NCBI GenBank assembly: GCA_016840085.1
Contig: JAEOTA010000036.1
Coordinates: 32,001-96,000, forward strand
DNA length: 64,000 nucleotides
Origin: Promethearchaeota archaeon
Lineage (GTDB): Archaea; Asgardarchaeota; Lokiarchaeia; Sigyniarchaeales; SOKP01
Reading direction: 5' to 3'
Shown here: one piece after another, positions 10,545 to 20,417 of the stretch
Numbering within the stretch: position 1 is the first letter of the stretch
How the letters are laid out: each line of letters opens with the position of its first letter
The notes under the pieces: model-generated
Database searches by the model: none
Told to the model about the DNA's origin: nothing
Seen by the model: only the letters and a program-made list of their open reading frames with translations
Program-made: the position numbers and the translations under genes

Positions 10545-11939
10545 TTAAGTTTTGCGATAAAGATATCTATCATATGTAGCAAATTTCACTCTTTTTGTTG
10601 TTTGGTCCCTGACAAATCTAATACTTTCCCTCATCATAGGTAAAGTACTACAAACAGTAAATGATAAATCTTTCAGTTGTTTTGGAATCAAAGGAAAACT
10701 CATAAATCCATCATCAACCTCAATATCCGCAAAAAGGACAGTTCCTTTAAGATATATTTTTAATTCGTATAGATCGTGGGACGATTTATAAACTCCGCTG
10801 ATTTCATCTACCACTTGACTTATCTTTAATTCTTCAACATGAATCATGGGATCCAAATCAAGTAACAGAGATAAAGCAGCTCTGCCAATTATGGAAACTA
10901 TACCTGTACAAGAGTTTTGCCCAACCGAAACACCTAGTTTTTTTTCGGGGATTAGACTGAAATTGGCACAACTAGTTCCTAAACCACCTCCATGATGAAC
11001 AAAAGTGTAAGGATAGTAATCCTCTTCGTAAACCCATCCCAAGCAATATTTTGGATCTTTTCCATATCCATAAGGACTTGAAATTCTCGGAGTCCATAAT
11101 TCGTCAAATGAGTGTGAAGAAAGTAATTTTATACCTTTGTAGCTTCCTTTTTGAAGTAAACATTGAGCATAGTGCATCATTTCTTCCATTGAAACATATA
11201 AACCCCCAGGTGCGTTGAGATAGTTATAAAGTGGAACAGGTTTCTTATCGGGTACCATTTTATCACCTTCCTTCTTAGGCATGTACCCCGTTATTTTGTC
11301 ATTCAAGGGATCTTTCTCAAAGTCTTCTTTTGAAAATACTGCGCGCTTCATTTCAAGTGGCTCGAGGATTTCTTTCCGAATAAATTCAGAATAAGAAGTT
11401 TCTGTTAATTTTTCTATAATAAAACCTAAACATGTAAACATATCATTATTATAGTAAAATTTTTCACCTGGTTTAAAAATAATAAAATCTTCAGGTTCAC
11501 CAAGATGGGCAATAAAATCATCTCGACTTGAGGCGGGAAATACTTTTCTATAATCTCCAAATGTATAAAATAATGAAGCTAATCCCCCATCAGCAGCAGG
11601 AACTCCACTTGAATGTGATAAAATATGCATTATCTGGATATCAAGATGACTTGTAAAAGGAGCAAAATTTAGATATTTGGATACAGAATCATCTAGAGAT
11701 AACTTATCCCTCTCTATAAGCTTCATAATTCCGAACGCTGTTAACGATTTGGTTATACTACCAATCCCAATAAGAGTCTGAGGAGTCATTGGAAGAAATG
11801 CTTCAAGATCACGAGCTCCAAATCCTTTTGAATAAATGGTCTGGTCTTCCTGGAAAATACTAATAGCAAGTCCAGGAATTTTATATTTTCGCATATAGTT
11901 GCGAATAATCTTTTCTAATTGTAGGAATTTTTTTTCCAT
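10545..11939 (-). CDS. Serine hydrolase, beta-lactamase class C/S12 peptidase family
   Basis: SxxK (GSITKS), YxN (FYYNN), HGGG, LEPLEM. Has a C-terminal extension domain. Confidence 0.9.
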   Translation of the reverse strand: MEKKFLQLEKIIRNYMRKYKIPGLAISIFQEDQTIYSKGFGARDLEAFLPMTPQTLIGIGSITKSLTAFGIMKLIERDKLSLDDSVSKYLNFAPFTSHLDIQIMHILSHSSGVPAADGGLASLFYTFGDYRKVFPASSRDDFIAHLGEPEDFIIFKPGEKFYYNNDMFTCLGFIIEKLTETSYSEFIRKEILEPLEMKRAVFSKEDFEKDPLNDKITGYMPKKEGDKMVPDKKPVPLYNYLNAPGGLYVSMEEMMHYAQCLLQKGSYKGIKLLSSHSFDELWTPRISSPYGYGKDPKYCLGWVYEEDYYPYTFVHHGGGLGTSCANFSLIPEKKLGVSVGQNSCTGIVSIIGRAALSLLLDLDPMIHVEELKISQVVDEISGVYKSSHDLYELKIYLKGTVLFADIEVDDGFMSFPLIPKQLKDLSFTVCSTLPMMRESIRFVRDQTTKRVKFATYDRYLYRKT

Positions 11940-12007
11940 AATTTCTCTCTTTCCTTAATTTTATTGTAAATTTTTTTATGCAAATTAAATTAGCTATTTA
12001 TAAAATC

Positions 12008-12751
12008 TTAATATTTATCATTAATTTTTTTCTGAGGACTTTTTTTCTTTTTCCCAAAAAGGATTTTTTGGTTTTTTTCTACAAACTTCCAACCAAAACC
12101 AGTAAGGTCCTCAAGTGGGCCTTGTATAGATTTCGGATTTCCTGTCCTAGTATATAAAATCTCTGTATGTCTTATTGCTTTAAATACTTGATAAGGTGTT
12201 TTATACTTTTCAATCAATGTTTTCGCCTTTTTTGGGCCTATATCTTCTAAGCCTTCAATAATAAAGGAACGTCTCTCTTTTTTAGACATTTCTTTGGGCG
12301 CTTTCCTTGAAAGTATTGGCATACCATCTTTTCCTCCTTGTTCTCTATTTGCAATTCTTTCTATTACTATCGCAGTATCTTCAATATTCCTAGTAGGGAT
12401 AACAGAAATACCTAATTTGTATGATATAAAGGAAAGGGCACCATAAATTGATGAGATCTTCATGCCGGTATTTTCGAACACCTCATCATTTAGTCCCTCT
12501 AATATCAAGATTGGATAGTCATATGTCTCTTTTAATCGTAATAACTGATCAAATAATCGATTGTCCATGATTGAGGAAACGAAATCAAATCCTTCTTTTC
12601 TTTCAATTGCAACATCATTAGTAATAACAATATCTGCTACATCTAATTGTTTTGATTCGTAAGTTATTGTATCTTTTTTCTTATCTAATATAGTTTTAAG
12701 TTTGTTCTCTCTATGATCAATTATTACATGAAGAATCTTATTTTGGCTCAT
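12008..12751 (-). CDS. xpf: XPF/ERCC4 structure-specific endonuclease (short nuclease plus two HhH form)
   Basis: IIDHRE, ADIVI and ERKEGFD nuclease motifs. HhH motifs EDIGPKKA and TGFGWK. PIP-like C-terminus QKKINDKY. Confidence 0.88.
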   Translation of the reverse strand: MSQNKILHVIIDHRENKLKTILDKKKDTITYESKQLDVADIVITNDVAIERKEGFDFVSSIMDNRLFDQLLRLKETYDYPILILEGLNDEVFENTGMKISSIYGALSFISYKLGISVIPTRNIEDTAIVIERIANREQGGKDGMPILSRKAPKEMSKKERRSFIIEGLEDIGPKKAKTLIEKYKTPYQVFKAIRHTEILYTRTGNPKSIQGPLEDLTGFGWKFVEKNQKILFGKKKKSPQKKINDKY

Positions 12752-12859
12752 ATTTCAAAATAAAAATAAATACGTTAGGTATTAAATATTTCACATTAGA
12801 ATTATTAAACTAATAATTTCGAAATTTAAAATAAAAAGAACAATTGCAAATTTTTAGGG

Positions 12860-13405
12860 TCATTCATGATAAAATCCTTCTTTCGATTTAATGTAATCCT
12901 TGTTTTTAATCGGAGTTTGTAAACTCCCTTTTAAATAATTTTTGATATCTTCAGCATGATATAATTTATTATGTATTAATATAAAGATCAAAATAGCAAT
13001 TCCAATAATTTCTGTTGAAAAAACGATAGGATTTGTAAATAGAGCATTGAACCAGTATAATAGTGGTTCCTCAACAATTATATAACGATAGGTAATAAAT
13101 GGATAAAATAATGGAACATAAGGTAGATCTAATATGAGATGAAGTCCCATCCCTGCTAAAAACGGAAGAGAAATCTCAAGATTTCTTTTCGATATTAAAA
13201 ACACAATTAGGAAACTTACAATAATGAAGAGTAAATTATGGGAAAAAAATCTTCCATTTCCTAAACCCAATAAAAATATTGGTTTATCTATTATATCTGG
13301 TAATAAAGAACCAATTATTAAAGCAAATCTATTAATTTTATACTTTTTGATTGTTGGAATTTCGGAAATAAGCAAAGGTACTGCTACATGAAATATCGGA
13401 AAAAT
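12860..13405 (-). CDS. Membrane-bound metal-dependent hydrolase (YdjM/DUF457-like); probable ATT start
   Basis: GSLLPDIIDKP, RFFSHN and HLILD motifs. The expected N-terminal His (IFPIFHVAVP) lies upstream of the ORF-track start at 13375, and the frame is closed by TGA at 13421-13423. Confidence 0.75.
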   Translation of the reverse strand: MFPIFHVAVPLLISEIPTIKKYKINRFALIIGSLLPDIIDKPIFLLGLGNGRFFSHNLLFIIVSFLIVFLISKRNLEISLPFLAGMGLHLILDLPYVPLFYPFITYRYIIVEEPLLYWFNALFTNPIVFSTEIIGIAILIFILIHNKLYHAEDIKNYLKGSLQTPIKNKDYIKSKEGFYHE

Positions 13406-13434
13406 TAGTATTCCCTCTCTTCATAAAAAAATAA

Positions 13435-14703
13435 TTATATAAACATAATAAAATAAAATAGGTAATAAATTACAATTGCTATTATAGTGAATTCAATAGT
13501 AATCGCTAAAGCTTTTTTAATTAGATAGTTATATGGTAGGATTCTTTCAAGAAAAATATTCAAATTCTTAAAAATATTTACTATATTAGGAATTCCAAAT
13601 CCTTGAGTATTCTCATCATAACCCAAATCTGTGCTAGATTTTAAAAATAATTCTTTTATTTCATTATAAGAAGCATTTGGATTATGTTCCTTAATAAGGG
13701 CAATTATTCCTACACAAATTGCCGCAGCAACGCTTGTACCAGTGGCATTTATTGTTAAATCATTAGAAATAGGAATTTTAATTTCTGCTCCAGGCAAACA
13801 AAAGTCAGGTTTTATTCTTTTATCTAAACTAGGTCCCCTTCCACTAAAATCAGAAATTGTACGCATTTTTGTAATAGATCCTATCGTTAAAACATTCTTA
13901 GCAGCACTAGGACTCCCAATTGTATATGATTCTGGGCCATTATTGCCAGCAGGACATACTACTATTAAACCCTTTTCTACTAATAAATCACAAGCCAATG
14001 ATAAGATATCTCTCCCATCAGAAGGATTTAAAGTCGTAAAAGATATTAAAAGAATTTCAAGCTCAATTTTTTCTTTAGTTATTAAATCAAAAATGTCTAA
14101 AATATTAGAAAAATAATATTCTTGTTTTAAATTTGTAATATTGAAATCAAAAATTTTTGAATTTGGAGCAATTCCAATGAAGTTCCCTTCAGAATCTTTA
14201 AATTGATTGCATATTAAGCTAGCCAATATTGTTCCATGTGATATTTCACTTTTTAGATTGTTTTTATTACTTTTTTTTACACCCTTTTCTAAAATATATG
14301 ATTTTGAAATACTATTATATATTGAAGGGACATCTTCTTCGATGCCGGTGTCAATTATTCCTACCTTGACATTATTTCCTGTATATGAAAATTGGGAAAT
14401 TTTATAATCATTTAAATTTAAAATTTCAAAAAAATCCATAATCGATAAAAAAAGTCTTTGATCCTCTTCGATTTGTTTTATTAATTTGTCTTTTTCATAT
14501 TTTTTAATTTGATCTCTATTTAAATTCACACAAATCGAAGGAATAAAATCATATTTTGATAATATCTTTAGGTTTTTGTTATTCGATAAAAATTTATCTC
14601 GTTGTGAGGTACTTTCAAAAGAGATAATGATTCTCAATTCTAAATCATCCTTTTGATTCTTCACTTGTTTTTGAAACAATGAATAGATTTTACTATTACT
14701 CAT
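13435..14703 (-). CDS. Subtilisin-like S8 serine protease with propeptide and C-terminal TM anchor
   Basis: IIDTGI, HGT, PAGNNGP, GTSVAA. Hydrophobic C-terminus ALAITIEFTIIAIVIYYLFYFIMFI. Confidence 0.88.
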   Translation of the reverse strand: MSNSKIYSLFQKQVKNQKDDLELRIIISFESTSQRDKFLSNNKNLKILSKYDFIPSICVNLNRDQIKKYEKDKLIKQIEEDQRLFLSIMDFFEILNLNDYKISQFSYTGNNVKVGIIDTGIEEDVPSIYNSISKSYILEKGVKKSNKNNLKSEISHGTILASLICNQFKDSEGNFIGIAPNSKIFDFNITNLKQEYYFSNILDIFDLITKEKIELEILLISFTTLNPSDGRDILSLACDLLVEKGLIVVCPAGNNGPESYTIGSPSAAKNVLTIGSITKMRTISDFSGRGPSLDKRIKPDFCLPGAEIKIPISNDLTINATGTSVAAAICVGIIALIKEHNPNASYNEIKELFLKSSTDLGYDENTQGFGIPNIVNIFKNLNIFLERILPYNYLIKKALAITIEFTIIAIVIYYLFYFIMFI

Positions 14704-14726
14704 ATTTGCTTAAGTGAGAACTATTT

Positions 14727-15527
14727 TCAATTTAATTTGTATTCTTTTAACACTTCCTCTACAGTAAAATTGTCATGAACAATTTTCGAGATTGCGCGTA
14801 CCATTTTTGTAGGATCTTGTGATTGAAAAATATTACGACCAAAAGCTACGCCTGCTCCCCCTGCTTGGATTGAATCGTAGACCATATGAATTAAATCTGG
14901 TATAGTATCCATTTTTGGTCCTCCTGCAATTATAATTGGAATGTGAACGCTCTTAACTATATATTTAAAGGAATCTATATCTCCAGTATAATTTGTCTTG
15001 ACAATATCTGCTCCTAATTCCGCTCCTGCTCTAACAGCAATATTTACAACTTCTGGATCGTTTTCATCCTTAATTTTTTTTCCTCTCGGATACATCATAG
15101 CAATTAAGGGTATCCCCCATTCTCTAGCAGACTCAACAACTTTACTTGCATCCTGGAGCATTTCTGGTTCTTCCTCAGCACCAATGTTAATATGGATTGA
15201 AACCCCATCAGCGCCCATCTTTAAAGCTCTTTCTACAGAACACACTAAAATTTTTCTATCTGGATCCGGTGCTAAACTAGTGGCTCCAGATAAATGTATA
15301 ATTAAACCAATATCACTTCCATATCGACGATGTCCCGCACCAACCATACCTGAGTGCATTAGCACAGCACTAGCCCCGCCAAGAGCAACCTTCTCAATCA
15401 TTTTAGCAACATTCTCCAGCCCCTTAATGGTTCCCATAGTTAAGCCATGATCCATAGGAATAATAATCGTTCTCTTACTTTTGCGATTAATTATTCTTTC
15501 TATCCTAATATTTTTGCCAATATTCAA
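14727..15527 (-). CDS. Class I aldolase, DhnA family (ADH synthase AroA'-like or fructose-bisphosphate aldolase)
   Basis: [23 protein letters not shown] (Schiff-base Lys), IAGGPK, GRNIFQ. Confidence 0.9.
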   Translation of the reverse strand: MNIGKNIRIERIINRKSKRTIIIPMDHGLTMGTIKGLENVAKMIEKVALGGASAVLMHSGMVGAGHRRYGSDIGLIIHLSGATSLAPDPDRKILVCSVERALKMGADGVSIHINIGAEEEPEMLQDASKVVESAREWGIPLIAMMYPRGKKIKDENDPEVVNIAVRAGAELGADIVKTNYTGDIDSFKYIVKSVHIPIIIAGGPKMDTIPDLIHMVYDSIQAGGAGVAFGRNIFQSQDPTKMVRAISKIVHDNFTVEEVLKEYKLN

Positions 15528-15615
15528 TATTGTTCCATAGCTCCTTTAAGATAAAACTTATCAATATAAATGAGAATAAGAATTTAAAATTATAGTTCTT
15601 AAAAGCAAATTGTTC

Positions 15616-17187
15616 TTACCACGGTCTTTTAATGTATGAATTTCTTGCCAATTCCAATTTCTCGGGGTGATTTTCATTAAAATGAGTTCCTCTACTTTCT
15701 TTTCGAGATAATGCACACCTAATTAAAATTTCTGCTACCATTGATAAATTTCTTAATTCTATTAAATTCTTTTCTATCTTATAATTCCAATAATAATAAT
15801 CTATCTCTTCTGAAAAAATATTCATTCTTTTAAGAGCTCTTTTTAATCTCGTGTCTGATCTGACAATCCCTACAAAATTTTGCATTAACATTCTAATTTC
15901 ATCCCAATTCTGGGTGATTACTACGGCCTCAGATGAAGGAACAGCATTACCGTGCTCCCATTCTTTAAATTCTTTAATTTTATAGGAAGAGATATTTTTC
16001 TTTAGATAATTTGCACATTCATAAGCGCAAACTAATCCTTCCAATAGAGAATTGCTTGCTAACCTATTTGCTCCGTGTAATCCTGTACAAGCAGATTCTC
16101 CTATAACATACAAATCTTTCACTTCTGTAGTTCCATTTAAACCTGCCATTACACCTCCACAAAGATAATGAGCTGCAGGAACAACAGGAATAGACTCTTC
16201 TGTGATGTTGATATTAAATTCGAGACATTTTTCATAAATTCCGGGAAAGTGTTCTTTAATAAAATTAGAATCTTTATATGAGGCAATATCTAAAAAAACA
16301 TAATCATCACCAGATTTTTTCAATTCTGAGTCAATGGCTCTAGAAACAATATCTCGAGGAGCTAAATCTTTAAGGGGATGATATTTCTCCATGAAAGGAT
16401 TTCCTTTCTGGTCTTTTAAAATAGCACCTTCACCCCGCATCGCTTCTGTAATTAAGAAATTTTTCGCATAAGGATGATATAAACAAGTAGGGTGAAATTG
16501 ATAGAATTCCAAATTAGATATCATAGTCCCTGCTCTATAAGCCATTGCAATACCATCTCCTGAGGCAATATCCGGATTTGTGGTATAAAGATATATCTTA
16601 CCTGCTCCACCAGTTGCTAAGATTGTTGCTTTCGCTGCAATATTATGAATCTCTTCCGTGTCTTGCTCTAAGACATACGCTCCATTACATTTTAAATTTT
16701 TTACATAGAGATTAACTGCGCACCATCTTTCATTGAATTCAATGTTATTTAACTTTTTTATATTATTAATTAGTATTTGTTCAATACTTTGCCCAGTTTG
16801 ATCATTCACATGAAGAATTCTTCTTTCTGAATGCCCACCTTCTTGTCCAAGATCATACTCCCCCTCATGATTTCTAGTAAATTCTACACCTAAAGTTATC
16901 AAATCATTTATCCTTTCCGGGGCTTGATTAATAATCTTCCGAATAATGTTTTCATCCCCTAACCCATCTCCAGCAATTAAAGTATCTTGAATGTGTTTTT
17001 CAAAATTGTCATTATTATTCCAAACACAAGCAATTCCTCCCTGAGCATGATATGTATTACTCTCGTGAAGCTTTTCTTTGGTGATTATTAAAATTTTTTC
17101 ATCTGGTGCCAGTTTTGAAAGATAATATGCTAAAGATAGCCCTGAAATTCCGCTTCCAATAATTAAGAAATCTGTTTTAAACTTCAA
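15616..17187 (-). CDS. nadB: L-aspartate oxidase
   Basis: GSGISG, AQGGIA, EGGHSERRILH, QFHPT, HYLCGG, GLHGANRLASNSLLE, ESRGTH. Confidence 0.93.
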   Translation of the reverse strand: MKFKTDFLIIGSGISGLSLAYYLSKLAPDEKILIITKEKLHESNTYHAQGGIACVWNNNDNFEKHIQDTLIAGDGLGDENIIRKIINQAPERINDLITLGVEFTRNHEGEYDLGQEGGHSERRILHVNDQTGQSIEQILINNIKKLNNIEFNERWCAVNLYVKNLKCNGAYVLEQDTEEIHNIAAKATILATGGAGKIYLYTTNPDIASGDGIAMAYRAGTMISNLEFYQFHPTCLYHPYAKNFLITEAMRGEGAILKDQKGNPFMEKYHPLKDLAPRDIVSRAIDSELKKSGDDYVFLDIASYKDSNFIKEHFPGIYEKCLEFNINITEESIPVVPAAHYLCGGVMAGLNGTTEVKDLYVIGESACTGLHGANRLASNSLLEGLVCAYECANYLKKNISSYKIKEFKEWEHGNAVPSSEAVVITQNWDEIRMLMQNFVGIVRSDTRLKRALKRMNIFSEEIDYYYWNYKIEKNLIELRNLSMVAEILIRCALSRKESRGTHFNENHPEKLELARNSYIKRPW

Positions 17188-17298
17188 TGGAACTTTTTAT
17201 ATTTTCTGTAATAAATTAAATGTTATATTAAAATACCAATGATTACATTAAAAATTTATTTCTATTTGAGTTATATGATATGTTTTTAGAAATAGAGA

Positions 17299-17895
17299 TT
17301 AAGGCTGTTTTATTCCAACTATGCTTTTTAAATCCTTGATTTCTTGTTTAATAACATTATCATATTGTTCTTGATTTAATTGAGTAAATATATTTAAACT
17401 TTCTTCTAATGAATATAACGCTTTACGATATTCTCCGGATATTTTAAGTATTCTTCCTAGGTTATATAAATCACTAATTTTGCTCATTGAATCCCCAAGT
17501 TGATCATCAATTTGAATGGCTTCTTCGTAAGCATTAAACGCTTCGTTATAATTTTGAAATCTTTCATAAATCTTACCAACATTGCTTAAACTAGCTGCTT
17601 TGTTCGCTAATTCTCCTTTTTCTCCAAAAATTAATATTGCTTCTTCATATTTTTCAAGAGCTGACTGATATTCTTCTTTAATCATTTTAATCATAGCAAT
17701 TTTCGTTAATAAAAGAGCTTTTTTAGAGAGATCACCTAACTCTTTTGAAATATCTAAAGCTTTAGTATATTGTTCCAATGCTATATTGTATTCTGCTCGA
17801 TTATTATAAATCATACCTATATTGTTAAGATAGATTACCATCATTAAAGGATCTCCTAATCGTTCTTCTATATTCAATGCTTCTTTGTATTTCAT
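17299..17895 (-). CDS. Tetratricopeptide repeat protein (~40-aa repeats), possibly N-terminally truncated
   Basis: Repeats LNNIGMIY..ALEQY, LSNVGKIY..AFNAY, LYNLGRIL..ALYSL, each unit ending in LGD/KGE. Confidence 0.85.
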   Translation of the reverse strand: MKYKEALNIEERLGDPLMMVIYLNNIGMIYNNRAEYNIALEQYTKALDISKELGDLSKKALLLTKIAMIKMIKEEYQSALEKYEEAILIFGEKGELANKAASLSNVGKIYERFQNYNEAFNAYEEAIQIDDQLGDSMSKISDLYNLGRILKISGEYRKALYSLEESLNIFTQLNQEQYDNVIKQEIKDLKSIVGIKQP

Positions 17896-18031
17896 TAACC
17901 ATATTTAATTCAGTTGACTGCTAAGATCTTATTCTTTGTCTTGTTCATATTTTTATTCCTTTTTGAAGTTAATCTAAAATTTTTTTTGAAAGTATAAATT
18001 CAAGATCTCGTAAGATTGGGAAATGATTTAA

Positions 18032-18526
18032 ATGACAAAGATAGAACATGTCCTCTTTTATTGTGCGGGAAATACTTGTAGAAGTCCATTTGCTGAAGCA
18101 TATGCAAATTGGCTTAAAAGTACGACGTATAAAGAAGAATTAAAAGATGTTGAATTTGATTCTGCAGGGATCTATCATTATTATAAGACTGCTCAACCAA
18201 AAACTGTCAATTATTTAAACTCTAAAGGTATAGATATTGGGGATTTTAAAACAAAAAAAATCGATTCTCAATTATTGGAGAAACATGATCTAGTTTTAGG
18301 ATTTGAACAAAAACATCATATCAACAAATTGAAAAGAAAGTTCAAAAATCTTAAAGGGATTGACGAAAAAGTCTTCTTATTATTAGAATATGCTGGAGAA
18401 AAAGAGAATTTAGAGATAGAAGATCCTTTTTATTTACCTCAAGAAGAATACAATATAGTACTTGAACGAATTGAAAAGGGAGTTATAAAAACACTTAAAA
18501 AAATTATTGAAATTAATAAATCATAG
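18032..18526 (+). CDS. Low-molecular-weight protein-tyrosine phosphatase family
   Basis: P-loop CAGNTCRS, DSAG, general-acid loop IEDPFY. Confidence 0.9.
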   Translation: MTKIEHVLFYCAGNTCRSPFAEAYANWLKSTTYKEELKDVEFDSAGIYHYYKTAQPKTVNYLNSKGIDIGDFKTKKIDSQLLEKHDLVLGFEQKHHINKLKRKFKNLKGIDEKVFLLLEYAGEKENLEIEDPFYLPQEEYNIVLERIEKGVIKTLKKIIEINKS

Positions 18527-18542
18527 AAAGCATAATAATCGA

Positions 18543-20183
18543 TCATTTATCAAGTAAGATGTGTTTTTGTGCAAAGTACTTCTTAACTAAATACTTAGCT
18601 GGTTGAAACCGACTAACATTTCCTTGGAAATTTTTAAGATCTTCTATAAATGATTCCTCAAATTCTCCTGAAAATTCATCAAGTTTTTTTAATAACACGG
18701 GTAATTCCAAATTTGATATTAAAGTTGCAATATGATGTTTTCCATATGAAAAATAAAAATAATTGTTTTCTTTAATTATTTTTCTGAGATGTTTTTTGCT
18801 TTTAGTTATTTCTGTTACTATTGTTACAATTCCAGAAAGAGTGCCTGATATAAGATCTTCATCTAAATGATCCTTATCTTTATTCTGGTCTTTTAATTCA
18901 AAATTTTTATAGTAAAGACACACTCCATGATAATTTAATACATAAAGTTGTTTAATTGAAGAAGCCCATTCCCTTTCTTTAGATATTAAGATCTCTTTTC
19001 CTGCCATCATCCATACAAGAACTATAACTAAAACAAATGAGTTTAGAAGATCTGGTAAGTGTGGCGCCCATTCTTGTATTTCGGGAATCACATTAATTAA
19101 TCGATATAACAAATAGCCTAATGCGATGCCAAAGCACATTAAAGCCAAAAAAAGTCCATTAAGAGCACCTCTATATTTCAAGTTACCTCTTTCAGTTGAA
19201 AAATCTCCAGAAATAGTAAATATCGCTAGTATAAGTGGAAGAATAGCGAAAGCATAATGAATAGAAATATGGATGTCCAGTGGTATGCCAAATATACTCG
19301 TTATATCAGCATGATAAAAAGAACCATGCGTTATATAAAAAAAAGATACAATCAAAATCCCGATTACCAATGTAGTCTTTCGACCAACATTATCAAAAAA
19401 CCAACCTGCTGCTAGAATATAAAAAAAAGAAATAGTTGAAAATGCAATAATGTTTATCTCAAATCTATCAAATCTATCTAATGTAGTATACAATAAACCT
19501 CCTAAAAGACCACTTAAAAATGCAAAAGTAACTGAATATCTAGAAAAATGCTTCTCAAAAATTATCTTCAGATATTTCTTATCAGATTTAAGTCTCTCTT
19601 CAGTTTCAGTATATTGATAATTTTTTGAATACAATATTATAATTATCAAAAGAATAGACTCTATAATGATAAGAATTATGAATAAATCCTTGAAAAATAC
19701 ACAGATAAGACCAAACAAACCGAAAAAAAAACAGGATACCAAAAGTATTGCTGTTATTCTTGATCTATTTAGAATATTTGTTTCATGAACTAATGTTGAA
19801 AACCATACTATGATTAATATAGGTATCGTAAATAGGATAATCAATATACTAAAAAGATCTATTATAGGAGATGGATGAAAACTTAAACATAGACCTATTA
19901 AACAAATAAAAAGGGATATGATATATAATCGTGTTTTATTTTTAATGATATCAACGAGAAAACCAGAAGCTAAAAAAATGAGTGAAATTATAAATAATAT
20001 TAAAATCGCTGGAATCTCCCGAGTTAATCCCTTTTGCATATGTACTAAATATTTAAGTATGAAATATTCAACTATAAATACAATTGCAAGAAAAGAAAAA
20101 AACAGATAAAAAAATGTGTTTCTATCTACTTCTACATCTCTAGCAAATGTTTTGACAAACCTATCTTTAACGCTTCTTTTCAT
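18543..20183 (-). CDS. 12-TM MFS-fold membrane protein with C-terminal longin-like domain (paralog A)
   Basis: 12 hydrophobic segments. MFS motif A AGWFFDNVGRKT. Soluble tail LYVLNYHGVCLY...DLISGTLSGI...LDEFSGEFE. Confidence 0.75.
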   Translation of the reverse strand: MKRSVKDRFVKTFARDVEVDRNTFFYLFFSFLAIVFIVEYFILKYLVHMQKGLTREIPAILILFIISLIFLASGFLVDIIKNKTRLYIISLFICLIGLCLSFHPSPIIDLFSILIILFTIPILIIVWFSTLVHETNILNRSRITAILLVSCFFFGLFGLICVFFKDLFIILIIIESILLIIIILYSKNYQYTETEERLKSDKKYLKIIFEKHFSRYSVTFAFLSGLLGGLLYTTLDRFDRFEINIIAFSTISFFYILAAGWFFDNVGRKTTLVIGILIVSFFYITHGSFYHADITSIFGIPLDIHISIHYAFAILPLILAIFTISGDFSTERGNLKYRGALNGLFLALMCFGIALGYLLYRLINVIPEIQEWAPHLPDLLNSFVLVIVLVWMMAGKEILISKEREWASSIKQLYVLNYHGVCLYYKNFELKDQNKDKDHLDEDLISGTLSGIVTIVTEITKSKKHLRKIIKENNYFYFSYGKHHIATLISNLELPVLLKKLDEFSGEFEESFIEDLKNFQGNVSRFQPAKYLVKKYFAQKHILLDK

Positions 20184-20417
20184 TTTTATCTTATTTTAGA
20201 TATATCTGAATTTTGTAGATACTAATTTAGTTGTCCACGTTTAAAAGATTTTGCCTAGATCTTAATTTCATAAAGTTAATATTTGTACTATTTTTTAGGA
20301 TGCTTTTTTATTTAATTTTTTTGCTAAAAAATCGAATAGAAATAGTTTTAATAATTAATTCAGTGTTGATATGTTATTATTATATAGAAAGAAAAGATAG
20401 TAATATATTCTAAAATA

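Noticed and set aside
20231-20413. 60-aa ORF between the MFS-longin paralogs
   Set aside because: TTG start, very AT-rich low-complexity sequence, opposite strand to its neighbours; more likely promoter/terminator DNA.
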